From: Cenococcum geophilum
Lineage: Eukaryota
Length of the DNA stretch: 64,000 nucleotides
NCBI GenBank assembly: GCA_050273025.1
Contig: CP158636.1
Location: forward strand, 3,658,001 to 3,722,000
Direction of reading: 5' to 3'
Made by a program: the position numbers and the translations under genes. Shown in pieces: positions 1-12,594 of this stretch. The notes beneath the pieces are model-generated. The model did not search any database, was not told the DNA's origin, and saw nothing but the letters and a program-made list of their open reading frames with translations. How positions within the stretch are numbered: the first letter of the stretch is position 1; every line of letters begins with the position of its first letter.

Positions 1-438
1 AGCTATGAACATCTCTAAGAGGAAGACAGCAGACTACAAATTACTCCTTCTCAAACCGTGCAATTTGGTGAGCTGGCTAACGTATGCTGCAGGCACCAAA
101 CATTTAATGTGGGGCATACTTTGCTCTTCAGGCAAATCGAGCGGAGCCGAAGTGGAGAAGGTATAGAAAGGCTTGAAGTGGCGCGCGGAGAACTGTTGGC
201 GGTCTGTGAGAAATCGTGGTACGATCAATAATACCGTTTCCCTGAAATATTTCGTTCTGCGACACTCGTGATTGGGATGAAAATTTAAATATTCACATTA
301 AACTTCAGCCGCTCAGAATTAGTCAACATCATGTTATACGGTGTCATTATCTAGTCCAAAAAGAAGCATATCACGATGCGCAACAGCTTGAAGACACCAA
401 GCAACAGATCTAAATCATGCCGAGTTGCTACCCATTTC

Positions 439-769
439 TCAACGATGAACAGCCGATGTACCATTACTCGGATCTGACAAACCTTCCTCATCATCTAGCT
501 TAGCATATGTACTAACCTTCTTGGTTGCTCCGCGAGTATGGCCTTCGGTAATATTGGATTGGTTAATTGCCTCACTTTCATCTTGAGCATTCTTAAAAGT
601 TAGCCTTTGGCTCTTCATTCATTCACTAGTCTCCTTGAACATCTAGAGATAAACATACCTAGAGTCCATCTGAATTAGCGGTAGCGAGGTCGATTGGGTC
701 TTCCACTGGAGCATCACCTTCCTGAACTGGAATCTGAGATTGACCAGTGCGGCTCGTGTAGTTGTTGTC
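439..769 (-). pseudogene. Degraded copy of a small acidic fungal protein gene (family often annotated as CHZ histone-chaperone-domain protein)
   Basis: Two exon-like segments, DNNYTSRTGQSQIPVQEGDAPVEDPIDLATANSD and QDESEAINQSNITEGHTRGATKKVSTYAKLDDEEGLSDPSNGTSAVHR*. They are separated by a GTATGT...GCTAAC intron remnant, with an in-frame TAG at the donor and no clear start. Family recognised from memory only. Confidence 0.5.
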
Positions 770-2150
770 TTGTAGGAGGGGATGTATTGGTTGCTGATGA
801 ATGCTGTGTAGTCCGAAAAGTGAGCTTGAGATGCCTTCTTGTACTTCTTGAGATGTCAATTTCTTAATACGTCACGCCTGTCCCAGCCCCCCAAACTTCT
901 CACACATCAACCACAGAAGATCACAGAACATTATGATCAAGTGCAGATTGGCTATCTGCGACAACATTATGACGGCATGATCGAACACCGATTAGAGAGT
1001 GGGACGATCCCGACTCAAGCAGGCCACGCGAACTTCGAATTGCTGGAGCTCAAATCATAAATGATAGATAAGCATATCTCCTAATTATGTAAAGCACGCT
1101 GATTCAGAGGCCAAATGCCATGCTCATCGGAAAAGTGGATTCAAGCAAATACCGGCATTGGCACACAATGCCGGTGGATGTGCTAGCGGATATGGCGAAA
1201 TCGAAAACTTGCAAGAACACGTAGATAGGGTTTAGAGTATAGAGTAGAAGCTCTACGTAGACAACCTCTCGTCCCAACCGCTGAAGTCAAGATTATTTCC
1301 CCAGCCGACTAGCCAGACCCAAATTATCTTACTGGGGGCAACTCATGCCTTTACTTGCATTCATGCTGCGCATGTGGCGCAGTGCAAATTTGTCGATGTT
1401 GACGAATAGGGGCTTGGCCAGATCGTCCACATACGAAGCCAGCCCACTGAACAGCTCCCGCAACCCCATCGCGGCTTTTGTCAGACGTCAAGATTAAGAT
1501 GACTGATGCTAGTGTCAGGAACAAAGCAGGACGCTAATTTTTAATCAGCTTCAGCAATCCTGGGAGCAAGGATCGAGCTGATTTGGAGCTCTTCGAGCGG
1601 TTTTGGTTTCGTATTAATACGTAGGTGGAGGTCAGGGCCTTCAGCGGAGCCAATTTTGGAGGCTGGGGGTTGGAGGTTGCCGCGAAAGATCGTGATATCG
1701 TGAATCGCGTCAAGCCCAATTACCTTGCCCAAGTAGGTAATGATTGGAGCCGTAAAGAAAGGAGAACCGTCATAATGATATCAACCTTAGAGCTTGCATC
1801 ATTCATAAGCGTAAAGCCTCGGAGGTAATCAATCATTTACATAAGTCATTTATCTCAAAGAAAACCTGGGGTATATGTAGACAACCTTCTGTCTTCATAA
1901 ATGTGATTTTATCAAATCAGGTATTGTAGTAGGCCATCGGGTATCTATATTACACTGGCAACAAGCCAAGGCTCAAAAGAAAGTATCTGCTACGTCTCGC
2001 TGAATAGATACAGCTTGCAATGTTTGTTCGTGCTGAACTTGCTATTTATTGCTAGTAGTTTGAAACAAAAACCATGGAAACACGCTCCATTATGAAGCCT
2101 TGCGGATGACTCTCGCAGTTGTCTAGTGGGTCGATATGTGTGTTCATAGC

Positions 2151-3441
2151 CTATTCGGCGTCAGCTTTCTTGAAAGCCTTCTTGGCCCTGGTGACTAATT
2201 AGCCGTCTATTACAATTTGCATGGCCGAGTGAACACACCTCTTCTGTGGAGCTGGTTTGTCGCCTTCTGGCGCAGCCTTAGACACCTTGGCTTTCTTGGC
2301 TTTGGTAGGAGCCTCTGGGGCCTCATCTTCTTTTACAGCCTCTGCATCGACCTTCTTCTTGCTGACGCGCTTGGGCTTGACTGGTGCCTCGGGCTCTTCG
2401 GCGGGAGAGGCCATGGCTTCTTCTCCTTCAACAGGCTCAACCTCGGTCTTCTTCGGTGCCCTGGCCTTCTTCGGCTTCGGCACAGCCTCCTCAGCCGCTG
2501 GCTTGTCTGCCTTTACGGCTTTCTTCGGTTTGCTCTTTTCTTTCTTCGGGGCAGAAGCTTCTTCAACCGCTGGTTCTTCATCCTTGGTCTCCGCTTTAGT
2601 GGATTTCTTCGGTTTGCCCTTAGCTTTCTTCGCAGCAGGGGCCTCCTCATCGGCATCATCAGCAGCTTTAGTGGCTCTGGCGCGCTTTTTAGGTGCAGGC
2701 TTAACTGGAGAAGGAGCCTCCGCCTCGTTCTCGTCATCCTATAAGTTGTCAATACTGCAAGAATAACCCTGCAAGTAATAATTATTTGACGTGGATATAT
2801 TGAGGTAAGAGGGAATATCATTATTACTTACATCTTTGGCCTTCTTGCTCTTCTTTGGCTCTTTCTTCTTGGGAGACTTGACATGAAAACCCTTCTGTCC
2901 AGGGCGGTTCATCTCAACGTCCTATACGCCATATCAATAATCAAAGTTTTCGTGGCAGTAAAAGTTTTACTTACGCCTTTCCAATCTTCATCATCAACAT
3001 GGCCTTGTTCAAGAGCTCTCCGGACTTTGTCCTTTGCATCTTCTGGAAGCTCGTCATAGCCGTCGACCATGTCAATATCGTCACCGCTGCTCTCCTTCAA
3101 GTTCGCAATCTGTGCAGGAGTGGTGCATCCCCTTGTATTTTTCTTAGGTTAAGGCTTGATATAGAACAAAGTATCAAAACAAGAGATGTTATCTTACCAG
3201 TGCCTCCAAGTCCATGAGGTGTTCTCTTGGATTGTGACCAGCACCCCAAAGCGCAATTCGCCTTTATCAATCTTGACTTGGTTCTTCTTGCAATCAGTAC
3301 CTTTGCACCCAGCCCGACCGGTCTTTGCGGTCTCTGCTGAGGCGTTAGTGAATTTATCATCCCAGAGAGGAAGATGTAAGATTAGAGACGTAATAAATTA
3401 GAACTAGAAACCGAAGACTCACCGACGCGATATGTCCCCAT
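2151..3441 (-). CDS. PARP-type zinc-finger (zf-PARP) protein with Lys/Ala/Glu-rich tail, Hpz1-like; multi-exon
   Basis: Spliced translation MGTYRVETAKTGRAGCKGTDCKKNQVKIDKGELRFG...WTWRHWGCTTP...DGYDELPEDAKDKVRRALEQGHVDDEDWKG gives the C-x4-C...H-x2-C zf-PARP pattern. Canonical GT-AG introns; ends ...KKADAE* (TAG at 2151-2153). Confidence 0.85.
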
Positions 3442-3842
3442 ATCTGTGGTTATGTTTTGAGTTGCTCGGATTTATTCGGATTGTGACGGCGCAAGCGTGA
3501 GCTGGCTTTACCTCGAGGTTAATAACGCGCGAGCGATAAGAGTAAAGGTAATAAAAGACTTACTTCTGTTTATTGCAGAATGCGCCCTTAAATATTACAG
3601 CTAAGAGAAGGAAAGCCGATCAGGAATTTCTGAGGACAGAGAGAGCCGACAAGAAATGGAATGAAGTGAGGTTGGGAGATGATGGTGATGTTGCGGTGGC
3701 TGGAGCTTACAGCTGTGACCCGCAAGCTAGGCCTGTGGGTCGCGTCGCGCTAGCAAAACGGGACGTCATGGAAAACGAAAACCCCAAAAAAATTGGTACA
3801 GTCGTGGATAGTATCCCCCATACGGTCAATCCTTAAGATTCA

Positions 3843-6800
3843 ATGCGCCCTGTACATACTTGCTTCCGAACCGCCCTAAACCGCACATTTCGTTCCTCTT
3901 GTCAGAGTATCTCCGGTGGCTGGGTGGTCCCCGAGTTCCTAACACCAGCATTTGTCCAGTCGACTCTGTGTTCAAGACGAGCTTTCTCATATGCTCACCA
4001 ACGGTATGCGCGGCCAACAAAGGGACCAGATAGGATTAGTGTACTCCAGAAAGAAGAACAGCCTGCAAAAGACCCTCGTATACCGCCCAGAGACCGAGAC
4101 GAGTTCAAGCCTGCCCTCCCGGAAGATGGCCGCCGGGGTGATATTCAAGCATGGCTGGCAGCACTCGAACCCCTCCTTCCCGCGCACTTACGGCAGAACT
4201 CCTTACCAAATAATGATCTTCAGCTACTAGCTTCCGCGGTAGAAATATCAAGACTTCTGCTCGAAGCGCAGTCTTCGAACCATGATATTCTAAGCCATAT
4301 GGCTTTGGTAGAGGGACGGTGGAATACCGTGATGTGGATTATGAAAAAGCTAGTTGATGGGGGCCCTACTATTGGGACTGCACCTGAGGTTCTTGAACCC
4401 TTTGCAAACGTAGTTTGGGATAATACTTCGGTCTCACTGAAGGAGGTGACGAACAACCCAGTCTGGGCTCATCGAGTTCGCCCTTCAAAGAGGCTGAAAC
4501 AGAGCCTTGAGGAACACACTGCAGCGCCGGATACTCTGAAATATGAGTTAAAATTAATCAAAAGCGCATTGGGCCAGGTCTGGCGAAGTTTGGGCAGTAT
4601 GATCCTTGTTGCGGCCGAGGAGAAATCCGAGACCAATGTGGTGATCATGCCTCATGTGCTAGAAATCATCGCATATTTACATCACGTGGAGATGATACCA
4701 GAAGCAATATATCGATATTCCCCGGCTTGGGACCCTTCCACTCTTCAACAGCCTCCAACGTTACACCTTTTGTCTTCGAGAATTCTCACCTCCCTTTCAG
4801 ATGCCACTTGGAACGCGCATGAGTCATCAGTCCAGGATAGCAAAGAGCGATTGAATGCTCAGTACTTCTTGGGCCATGAGATTCCTGGCTCCCGATACAA
4901 AATCACTGTACCTGAGATAGGCCCGGAAATATGGGTGGAGCTGGTTTTGTGGTCCTGCCTACATGGAGGATGGATATTAGATGGTGCTGCCATACTCGAA
5001 AAAATACTTTCTTATCAGGGAGAAAACAGCTGGTCACTCATCTGTTGGCGAGATATTGTGAACTCTTCTCAAGCCTCTAGGACAATTCAACTAACTAGAG
5101 ACTGGGGCAAGCTAGCTGCCCAATTTCAAAACTCTGGTGAAACCTTTTATTCCAACGATCGCGGAGACCGTTTCCTTGTTCAGAGAACCGTCAGCAGCGA
5201 AGTAGTCGCGGCATTTGTGGATGGGCTGATCAATACTATGCGCGTAGGCGTTGGTGATCGAGGAAGTCTTCCGGAGCAGATACTTTCTCATATCATAAAT
5301 CTCAAGCGGCTGTTGGATCGCGATAATCTTAGCCTTGGGTCAAGTTCCTGGGACGCATTGATAACGCGCTTTTTGGAATCTGAAGGAATCGTTCCTGAAA
5401 AAGATCCCAAGCTGATGCTCAAAATCCTTGGGTTAGCCCAAACTTTTGGCAAAGAACTAAGCTCCACCAACGTCATTTCACAAGGAGCCGACGCTCGTCC
5501 AAGTCCTACGTACGTCTTCGATGCATCAGCGGCACCTCTCGGTTTGCTCCATCGAACTATTCATGCTTTTATCCAGATGGGCAATACTACTGGAGCCTTG
5601 GAGGCATTCCAGCAACTCCAAAAGTACGTGGACAACAACAAAATTAGATCAATAAGAGATTTCTTTCAAGCGCTGAAAGCCTCTTACTCAGAACCTGAAG
5701 CTCTGTTTACCGGTAATTATGCCCCAATCGACTTTCCCGGATTTTTCCCGCATGTGCCCACCTCGTTGCTTGCAAAAATGCTGGACCTTGCCACAGAGTC
5801 CAGGATGTTTGACTTTGGTGAATGGCTTCTTTACTCTTCTGAAATTGATGGTCCTCTAATATCTCCTCGCATGTACAAGTCTCGGGAGTTAGCATCTTCC
5901 CTTATCCGCCATGGAACGGCGACCCGCGACCAGCGGTTGCTCATGAAAATCGTCAGTTCAGTAGGCGCACCAGGTGGAGTTAGTGGTAGTTACCGCCTTC
6001 CTGCTGAGGTTCTATCAGCTTTTCTACATAGCCAAATTCAACACCACCGTTGGGATTCTGTCAAAAGCATCTATACATATGTCAGAGAGAATCCTGGGTA
6101 TCGCCCCAGGTCCGAGACGCTCGCTGTATTTGCGAGGGAGTTGGTCCGCCTCAGGAGCGAATCCGACGAATGGCGTCGATCTCGTAGCAGAAGGGCTAAG
6201 TTTATCTTTTCCGCATTTCTAAATGCATGGAAGGATATCATTGAGAGGGATTTGTATCAACAACTGAACTCCATTTTGGGCGTTTTATCATCCGTTGGTC
6301 CAGAATGGGTAGATTTTTGTTCAAGGCTGTGGACAAGCACCGGACGACAACAGTTAGCGCTCGATCCTGAGAATTTCAACCAGATCCTAGACGGAGTGGT
6401 GGATGGCTACGGCAGCCTTAAAGGCAAGCACATTGTCGACATGTGGTGCTACCCCACTACGAGAATAGAATTCAGAGACTACCGCTCTCCGGGAGGGTTG
6501 CCGACAATGCCCAAGTTCAAGCTAAGCAAAGGAGATCATTATGATGACCGGCCCCCAGACATCGAATTGTCACAATCGTCGGGCGCAAAAATCCGCTTTC
6601 AAGGCCGTGTAGCGCCTAACATTCGTACAATGCGTGTAATTCTTAGGAAAGCTGCCGAGGAAGAGACGGAAAGAGGCGCAAAAGGGACTGGATTATTACT
6701 CGAAGAACGGGCGGAAATACAACTCATGTTGGAGTGGGCAGAGCTCTCTCTTCGCAATATGGGCTTGGATTATAGAGATATTCAGCGGGAATTCGGCAGT

Positions 6801-6884
6801 TTGGTCACAATTGCAAATCTTAAGGAGCCTCCACCGCTTTCATTGATTGGATTTGATGAGGGGGTAGAAGATGACACCCTGTAA
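3843..6884 (+). CDS. 1013-aa conserved fungal protein, probably mitochondrial, helical-repeat (PPR-like) type
   Basis: Uninterrupted 3-kb ORF. N-terminus is Arg/Ser-rich and acid-poor, like a presequence. PPR-like segments include WDALITRFLE, RTIHAFIQMGNTTGALEAFQQL and FNQILDGVV. Function is inferred. Confidence 0.7.
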   Translation: MRPVHTCFRTALNRTFRSSCQSISGGWVVPEFLTPAFVQSTLCSRRAFSYAHQRYARPTKGPDRISVLQKEEQPAKDPRIPPRDRDEFKPALPEDGRRGDIQAWLAALEPLLPAHLRQNSLPNNDLQLLASAVEISRLLLEAQSSNHDILSHMALVEGRWNTVMWIMKKLVDGGPTIGTAPEVLEPFANVVWDNTSVSLKEVTNNPVWAHRVRPSKRLKQSLEEHTAAPDTLKYELKLIKSALGQVWRSLGSMILVAAEEKSETNVVIMPHVLEIIAYLHHVEMIPEAIYRYSPAWDPSTLQQPPTLHLLSSRILTSLSDATWNAHESSVQDSKERLNAQYFLGHEIPGSRYKITVPEIGPEIWVELVLWSCLHGGWILDGAAILEKILSYQGENSWSLICWRDIVNSSQASRTIQLTRDWGKLAAQFQNSGETFYSNDRGDRFLVQRTVSSEVVAAFVDGLINTMRVGVGDRGSLPEQILSHIINLKRLLDRDNLSLGSSSWDALITRFLESEGIVPEKDPKLMLKILGLAQTFGKELSSTNVISQGADARPSPTYVFDASAAPLGLLHRTIHAFIQMGNTTGALEAFQQLQKYVDNNKIRSIRDFFQALKASYSEPEALFTGNYAPIDFPGFFPHVPTSLLAKMLDLATESRMFDFGEWLLYSSEIDGPLISPRMYKSRELASSLIRHGTATRDQRLLMKIVSSVGAPGGVSGSYRLPAEVLSAFLHSQIQHHRWDSVKSIYTYVRENPGYRPRSETLAVFARELVRLRSESDEWRRSRSRRAKFIFSAFLNAWKDIIERDLYQQLNSILGVLSSVGPEWVDFCSRLWTSTGRQQLALDPENFNQILDGVVDGYGSLKGKHIVDMWCYPTTRIEFRDYRSPGGLPTMPKFKLSKGDHYDDRPPDIELSQSSGAKIRFQGRVAPNIRTMRVILRKAAEEETERGAKGTGLLLEERAEIQLMLEWAELSLRNMGLDYRDIQREFGSLVTIANLKEPPPLSLIGFDEGVEDDTL

Positions 6885-9660
6885 CAGGGCGTTTCGTAGC
6901 GCCGTGTGCTTCACTTGTACAATATGAAGTCTTAGAAGAATTGTATAGGAGTAGTTCGAATTCGCCCTGCAAGCATAGACAGAGTCAGGAGATGGAAGTC
7001 AGAACTGTGCAACGTTAGCATTTTTAATATTTATTGACTAAGACAAAGAATCTTACAAAAGTCATATATCTGGTTTATAGAGGCGTTGAGATGTTCGCTA
7101 TTCGGATAACTCCTCAAGCAATGTGTGTTAGCTACTGTTCAGAAATACCCCTAGATGGACGTTCAGACCCTGGTATCCGCAGCTTGATTAATTTGGTCCT
7201 CCTGTGATTATTGTAGGTTGCGCGGGCGGTGGTATAGCAGAACAAATGCCAGCAAGTAAGAACAGCTCGTAATCCAGAGGCTTGAGATTTGCGCTGAAGA
7301 GATCTGTTTCCACGCTCAACTGCGCTCGTCCAATTGCTGAGCCAACTGCTCAACTCCTCTATCTCCTACCATCTCTATCGCTGCTGCGCCCTCCTAAGAC
7401 TCTGATGTTCCTTTGATGACAACGAAGACCTTCGTAACTGCCGAGCAGTCATTGCCCTAGAATCGTCGTAACGCCGCCCAAGCTAGCGTCCGCAGCTTAA
7501 CTAGTCGGGGCTTGCTCCCTCAGCCCTAAGCTCCTTTTTCGACCTTTCATCAATCCTGCCACGGCTGTATTTGGTTTCGTATCTGCCACTTGTCGAGCAG
7601 TCATTCCTTGTCCGGCTTCTGAGCGTCGGCTGCACGGGCGAAGAGCCTCTCAACAATATCGCAGTCACATTCTCCAAGTCCTGCAGCTATGTTGGAATTC
7701 CATGATTTCGACCATACATGCTTCAGAATGGTTCTACCGCGAACAAAAAATTTAGCATGTGCGTTTTCCGCCGTCCCACAGCTGCATGCAGTGACACTTC
7801 ACCTTGCTTCTTCCACAGGTTAGCATCAACCTACTTCGATCAGTGCTCCGATAGCGGCTAGGGTTCCTCGGACTAGCTCTGATTCGATGTTTGCTCCGTT
7901 CTGAATCATGACTTCTTCCTTCCCGTCTTGCGTGTCTTGACACCAGAGTACAGGAGTCTCTGGTGAGAATAAGAAGTGGATCGTGCACAGTGGCTTGAGG
8001 GTGTCGTGGTCACGTCGTAGTACACTAGATACTGCACCCCAACCTTGGCTCTCTCTCGTCGCGAGCCATCATCTACCAAGGGTATTGGACAGGACGGATT
8101 CATCCGCGCAAGCCATTGCATGAAGTAAATGCTTCGTCAACTCGCATACAGTCTGAATCCTACTAGCTCACAAATAGAGGCACCCGATGGGAGGAAGAGT
8201 GGGCTGATTACATTCATCTTCAAAGCGCCATCTCCAATCTCCTATCCCAAAAAGCAGCACTTGAGTCGCTTCATAAAAACACAATACGTACTGTTGTTCA
8301 ATTGGTGGTAAATGATAGTAAAAGCTCTTCTTCAGTATTGCCCTTGAGCCCTATGTATTGACATGGCGGCTTCTGAGGGCGTTATCTGAGGGTCGGGTTA
8401 AGTGTCTTTGATGCCCACGTTTGGGCGTCGCATCACTGGCGCGGCTCATTGAAAGTGGCACTATGCGAAGGTCTTCATTGGCTCACCAATTCAAGAGTCC
8501 TTCAGCGAATTGGAATCGCTCCCCGGGGTGGAATGCGAAACAGCCACGGTTACCTAATGGGGCAGGTCTTCCATGACACGCGGACGATATTTATTCCTGG
8601 CCAAGATGTCGCTTTTCGCAACCGTGGAAGCCGCAGCCATGCTTTGACCACACATATCTCTATTCACCAAGACAGCGCTTCATTGTCTCCTGCGGCTCTC
8701 TGAGCTTAAATATCAACCCGCTGCAGAATAGTCCGAAGTATGTCGGGCATCTGGACTCTCCCGCGCACAGGGTCGTCGGCTGCGGGCCGTCGATGTAAAG
8801 CGGCTGCAGGAAGCAAGCACACCGCCCTTTGACGCGAAAAAGCTGGCGCCAATCCGGGGCGATGGTGGGGCATTTGCAAACGCGGCGTTAAGAGCAAATT
8901 TGGGTGATCCGAAGACCCACCCTCGTCTGAAGAAGTAGCAAGGCAGGCGATGTCGCCGGTCATATTGAGAGTAATGATAGTGCAGCCAGAAGAGGGAACT
9001 AGACTGACATCAAGGCCTGTCTATGCAATCTATCAGGGCTGCATGAGTGCATGACCGCTGGCTTAAGGCCCTGGCGCAGGGGGGTATGTTGGAGGGTGTG
9101 TTTTACTTGGCCGCCAATTGCATTCTGCCGTTGCCTGCTCGAGCCTGGGGGTTTCCGCAGGGTGCTGGGTCCGTGAGAAGTTTAGTTTGGTGGGGAAACC
9201 CTCGAGCCTTTGTAGCCCGTCATAATTTTTTTTTCCTCGGCGACCCGTTGCGAGGCAAGCGATGAAGACGACAGCAAAAAGTGCCGCTAGAAGGCTCTTG
9301 TTAAGCGATGGAGAGTAGCCCGCAAAACAGCGTGCGAGAAGTGTCTATAGGGTGTAATAGGTACACGGGCTGGTTGAGCCAATTCCTGCTTCCCGTCAGG
9401 TTGATGGTGGTTTGTGTTTCCGGGGCTTGTATGACTCTGCAGGTCGCCTTCACCGCTCTACTTTTTGACGCAAAGTGTGCCCACTAGCGCCCAAACGGGA
9501 CAAGTTCCGCCAAGATTCGGATTTCCTCACAAAATGTTCGAGCGGCCCTGCCTTCTGCCTCTCTTCTCTCCTCAACCAAGTATACAGACAACGAAGTCGC
9601 ACTAAACATCTTCAACCGAGATCATTCATAAGCATTCACTACCTATCTTCGTCGAGAACA

Positions 9661-9687
9661 ATGCCGCAGGCTATCGCTGAGCTGTAA
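9661..9687 (+). promoter_or_regulatory. Candidate uORF (MPQAIAEL*) in the putative long 5' leader of the Ifh1/Crf1-like gene
   Basis: ACA-ATG context, downstream of a CT-rich tract at about 9550. No other plus-strand ATG between it and the main ATG at 10175. Confidence 0.35.
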
Positions 9688-10174
9688 ATCCCCACTGGAG
9701 GGCACACATCCCAAGTGTGTCCTCCAGTCCGGCCAGCCCACCGAGATATTCAACGACTCTACGACGATACAATCTTTCGATTGCCCGAAGTGCTCGTGCT
9801 TCCGGTCGATTTTTTCACAAAGTCACAAACTGTTCAGCCTGCATTTCTTCCAGAGTCCGTCAGCCGCGCATTTTCTCCGTTCGACAGTTCCAAATCCCCG
9901 AACATCGACGAAACTTAAGACTCGAATAATCTTCCGACTGACATTCGAGTTCCAAAAAGTATAAACTACACCTATACGGTCGTCTATAGACGCTCTTCCG
10001 CTACGGCAAATCTTTCTCCTTGAGCCCATCCATCCACCCACCACCTCTCGCTCCTCCATCAGATATTGATAATATCGAAGAAAACGAGTTATTCCAACTG
10101 AAGCCCTAACTCGATCTTGATAACCAATACTATTTGTACAGTAATACCGCCATCTCGCTATCAACCGTACCAAA

Positions 10175-12594
10175 ATGTCACCCACCCACAATCACCGCTC
10201 AGCGCTCGCCGAATTGGGTGGAAACACCGCCCTTGAACACGGATTCTTCCATAGTCCCATGAATGGCATTCAGAAAACCAGCCACAACATTCGTGTTGCC
10301 GATGACGTGCAGCAAAAATCCACGAAGAACGGCAGCAACCAAAGTAGCGGAGAGTCCTCCACTGAGGAGCAAGCGGATGAAGCTGATGAAGAAGACAGTA
10401 GTGCAGACCAAGACGAAGACGATGAAGATGATGATCCAGAAGTAGTTGCCCCGTCCGGCGGTTTCGGCGTGAGCGGAGGAAAGTGCCCAGCAATTCGTGT
10501 CGAACATCTCGGCGAAGACAGGCATCAAGAGAACGAAGAAGCTTCTCACCGTGGGACGGGGCAAGATGGCGGTAAGCAATTGGGCATCTATATTCAATTA
10601 CGCAACAAGAAACGCACCTTCAGCAATGTCAGCACCAATTCCGTCCTGTTCGGTGATATAGACGATCTTGGTGAAACACAGGGCGCATTCCCTCGAAGGA
10701 AGATTGCTCGCAGACTAAGCAATAACAGCAGCAAAGGCCTATTGACTTACAAGAAATCAAGTTACAAATCAGACCTAGATGTCGAAACCTCGGATGCTTC
10801 CGAAAATGCTATTGCCAGTTCCGACGAGGAAACTGTGGAAACCAGCAAGGATATTGATGTTGACGATGATGATTATCGTGGCGTGGACCTTATCAGCGAC
10901 GAGTCGGACCTAGAGCAACAGGAGGATTTCCTGGAGAAGCAAGAAGAATTGTTGATCATTAATGAAGAAGAGCAAGAACCTAATCTATTTGATTCAGCTC
11001 GGCGGTTCAGTCTTGGTAGTTCTGGCAGTTGTAGTTTCGATTTCGCCACGACCTTGGACGAAGATTTCTTCGCAAATAATGACCTTCCTGACGTCGCATT
11101 CGGAGAATTTTTTGGTCTTGAACCCGAGCCTAGTACCCCGGAACCATTTGAGAGCAGAAAATACTCAGACAGCTCTGTGAAGCGTGTCCGCTTCGACGAT
11201 GAAGTTCGCATCTCTGACAGTTCCAGTTCGACGACTTCCGAGCTTGATAGCACGATCTTCCCGGATCTTTTCATGGAGCAGGACAAGCTCCCTCACAGCC
11301 TATATCAAATGATTGAAAATGATGCTGACGCTGACATGGGAAATATTACTTCGAGTGATGGCGAAAATTCTTACTGGGACTTCGGGGAAGACGATGGTCT
11401 TGGATCTCGGAATGCTCATCCTGGGTCCGATGACTTTGAAGAATCCTCAGATGCCGGCTCAAGTGGCTACGAGAGTATGCATCTGTCTAGTGTTTATATG
11501 TTTTGTTGGTGGCTAACAAACATCTTCCAGCTGACTTGGGTGATACTACTGATGAGGAAGACTTTCCTCCACCAGCTACTGTCCACGGCCCGAAATCACT
11601 TCTTCGTCGTCCCTCATCGGCTGCGAGCGATCAAACTATTAGCCCAAGACCATTTCAGCGATCGAATCGCAGGTCGGTGCGCAAAGGGGGGCCACCCGTT
11701 TGTGGTGTATTCGTTCACAAGGATTGGAACAAGGCGATTGCTGTCACCGACCGCATGACACAACTCGTAAGCTATTATCGCCCTCGTCGGTACTATTCCA
11801 TCTGCCATCCAAACTTTCCAGGGAGCAGCACTACCAGCACAGCCAACAACAGCCCTTGTACGTCGCTTCGTCAAATGAACGGCGACGATAGTGATTTCAG
11901 TGAAATGTCAAGTCAGCCATACCAGAATCCAATGGACATTATGTTGACAGGTGTCTTCGGGACCGCGTCTGCCAGCAACTATCTTCTTGGCGGGCAAGTC
12001 ATTGGTCCTCCAGAGGCGTTTTATCCATTTATGAACTTTGGTCCTAATGGAAATCTACTTAGTGATGAGGACGACTTTGATGACGATGATGATGATGACG
12101 GAGAGGATAATCTAAACATCAATGATCTTTTGGATTTTGGGTCCGACGGAGACGATACAGACTTGGAAGAGGATCCAGCGGATGAGACTGATGTTCCTGC
12201 TACCCCTGCTACCTCGATGATTGCTCTAAATGGCTCCACTCCCGCTAGACCTTCTCCAGGCGAGAACACGCCTCCGAATCGTAAACGTAATGCTTCGGAT
12301 GCAATGCTCGAGCACTTTGATCGTGGCGTTGTTACTGCTTTCCGTAACAATCAGAATAGGTACCGCGATATTGCTCGTCTGCCTCACGACCCCGACCTGC
12401 GTACATCCATGTCGAGGCCGGTTCGATCCGGCAGGTCAGCCGAAACTCTCATTTCCCCTCTCCGCAAGAGGGGCTCCATCGCGAGGAAGAACAGCAGCCC
12501 TTCCACATTTGCTGGCATCTCAAAAGCTAGAAGCGAGACGCCTGCCAGGGTAAATGGCGTTAGCCGTGGTCCCCGTGCAGGAACCTTCTCCTGA
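10175..12594 (+). CDS. IFH1: Ifh1/Crf1-like ribosomal-protein gene co-regulator (787 aa; intron 11475-11530)
   Basis: Two ORFs joined by a 56-nt GTATGC...GCTAAC...CAG intron give SSGYETDLGDTTDEEDFPPP, resembling the Fhl1-FHA-binding acidic S/T-D-E motif of Ifh1/Crf1. The protein is very acidic and has a C-terminal HFDRGVVTAFRNNQ block. Confidence 0.7.

Noticed and set aside
1330..1830. Possible decayed minus-strand gene fragment (LGKVIGLDAIHDITIFRG...; AAMGLRELFSGLASYVDDLAKPLF...)
   Set aside because: Looks coding-like but is broken by stops and frameshifts, and I cannot assign a family.
7000..9500. Several 60-85-aa ORFs between the 1013-aa gene and the Ifh1-like gene
   Set aside because: No recognisable motifs or consistent splice structure; treated as intergenic.
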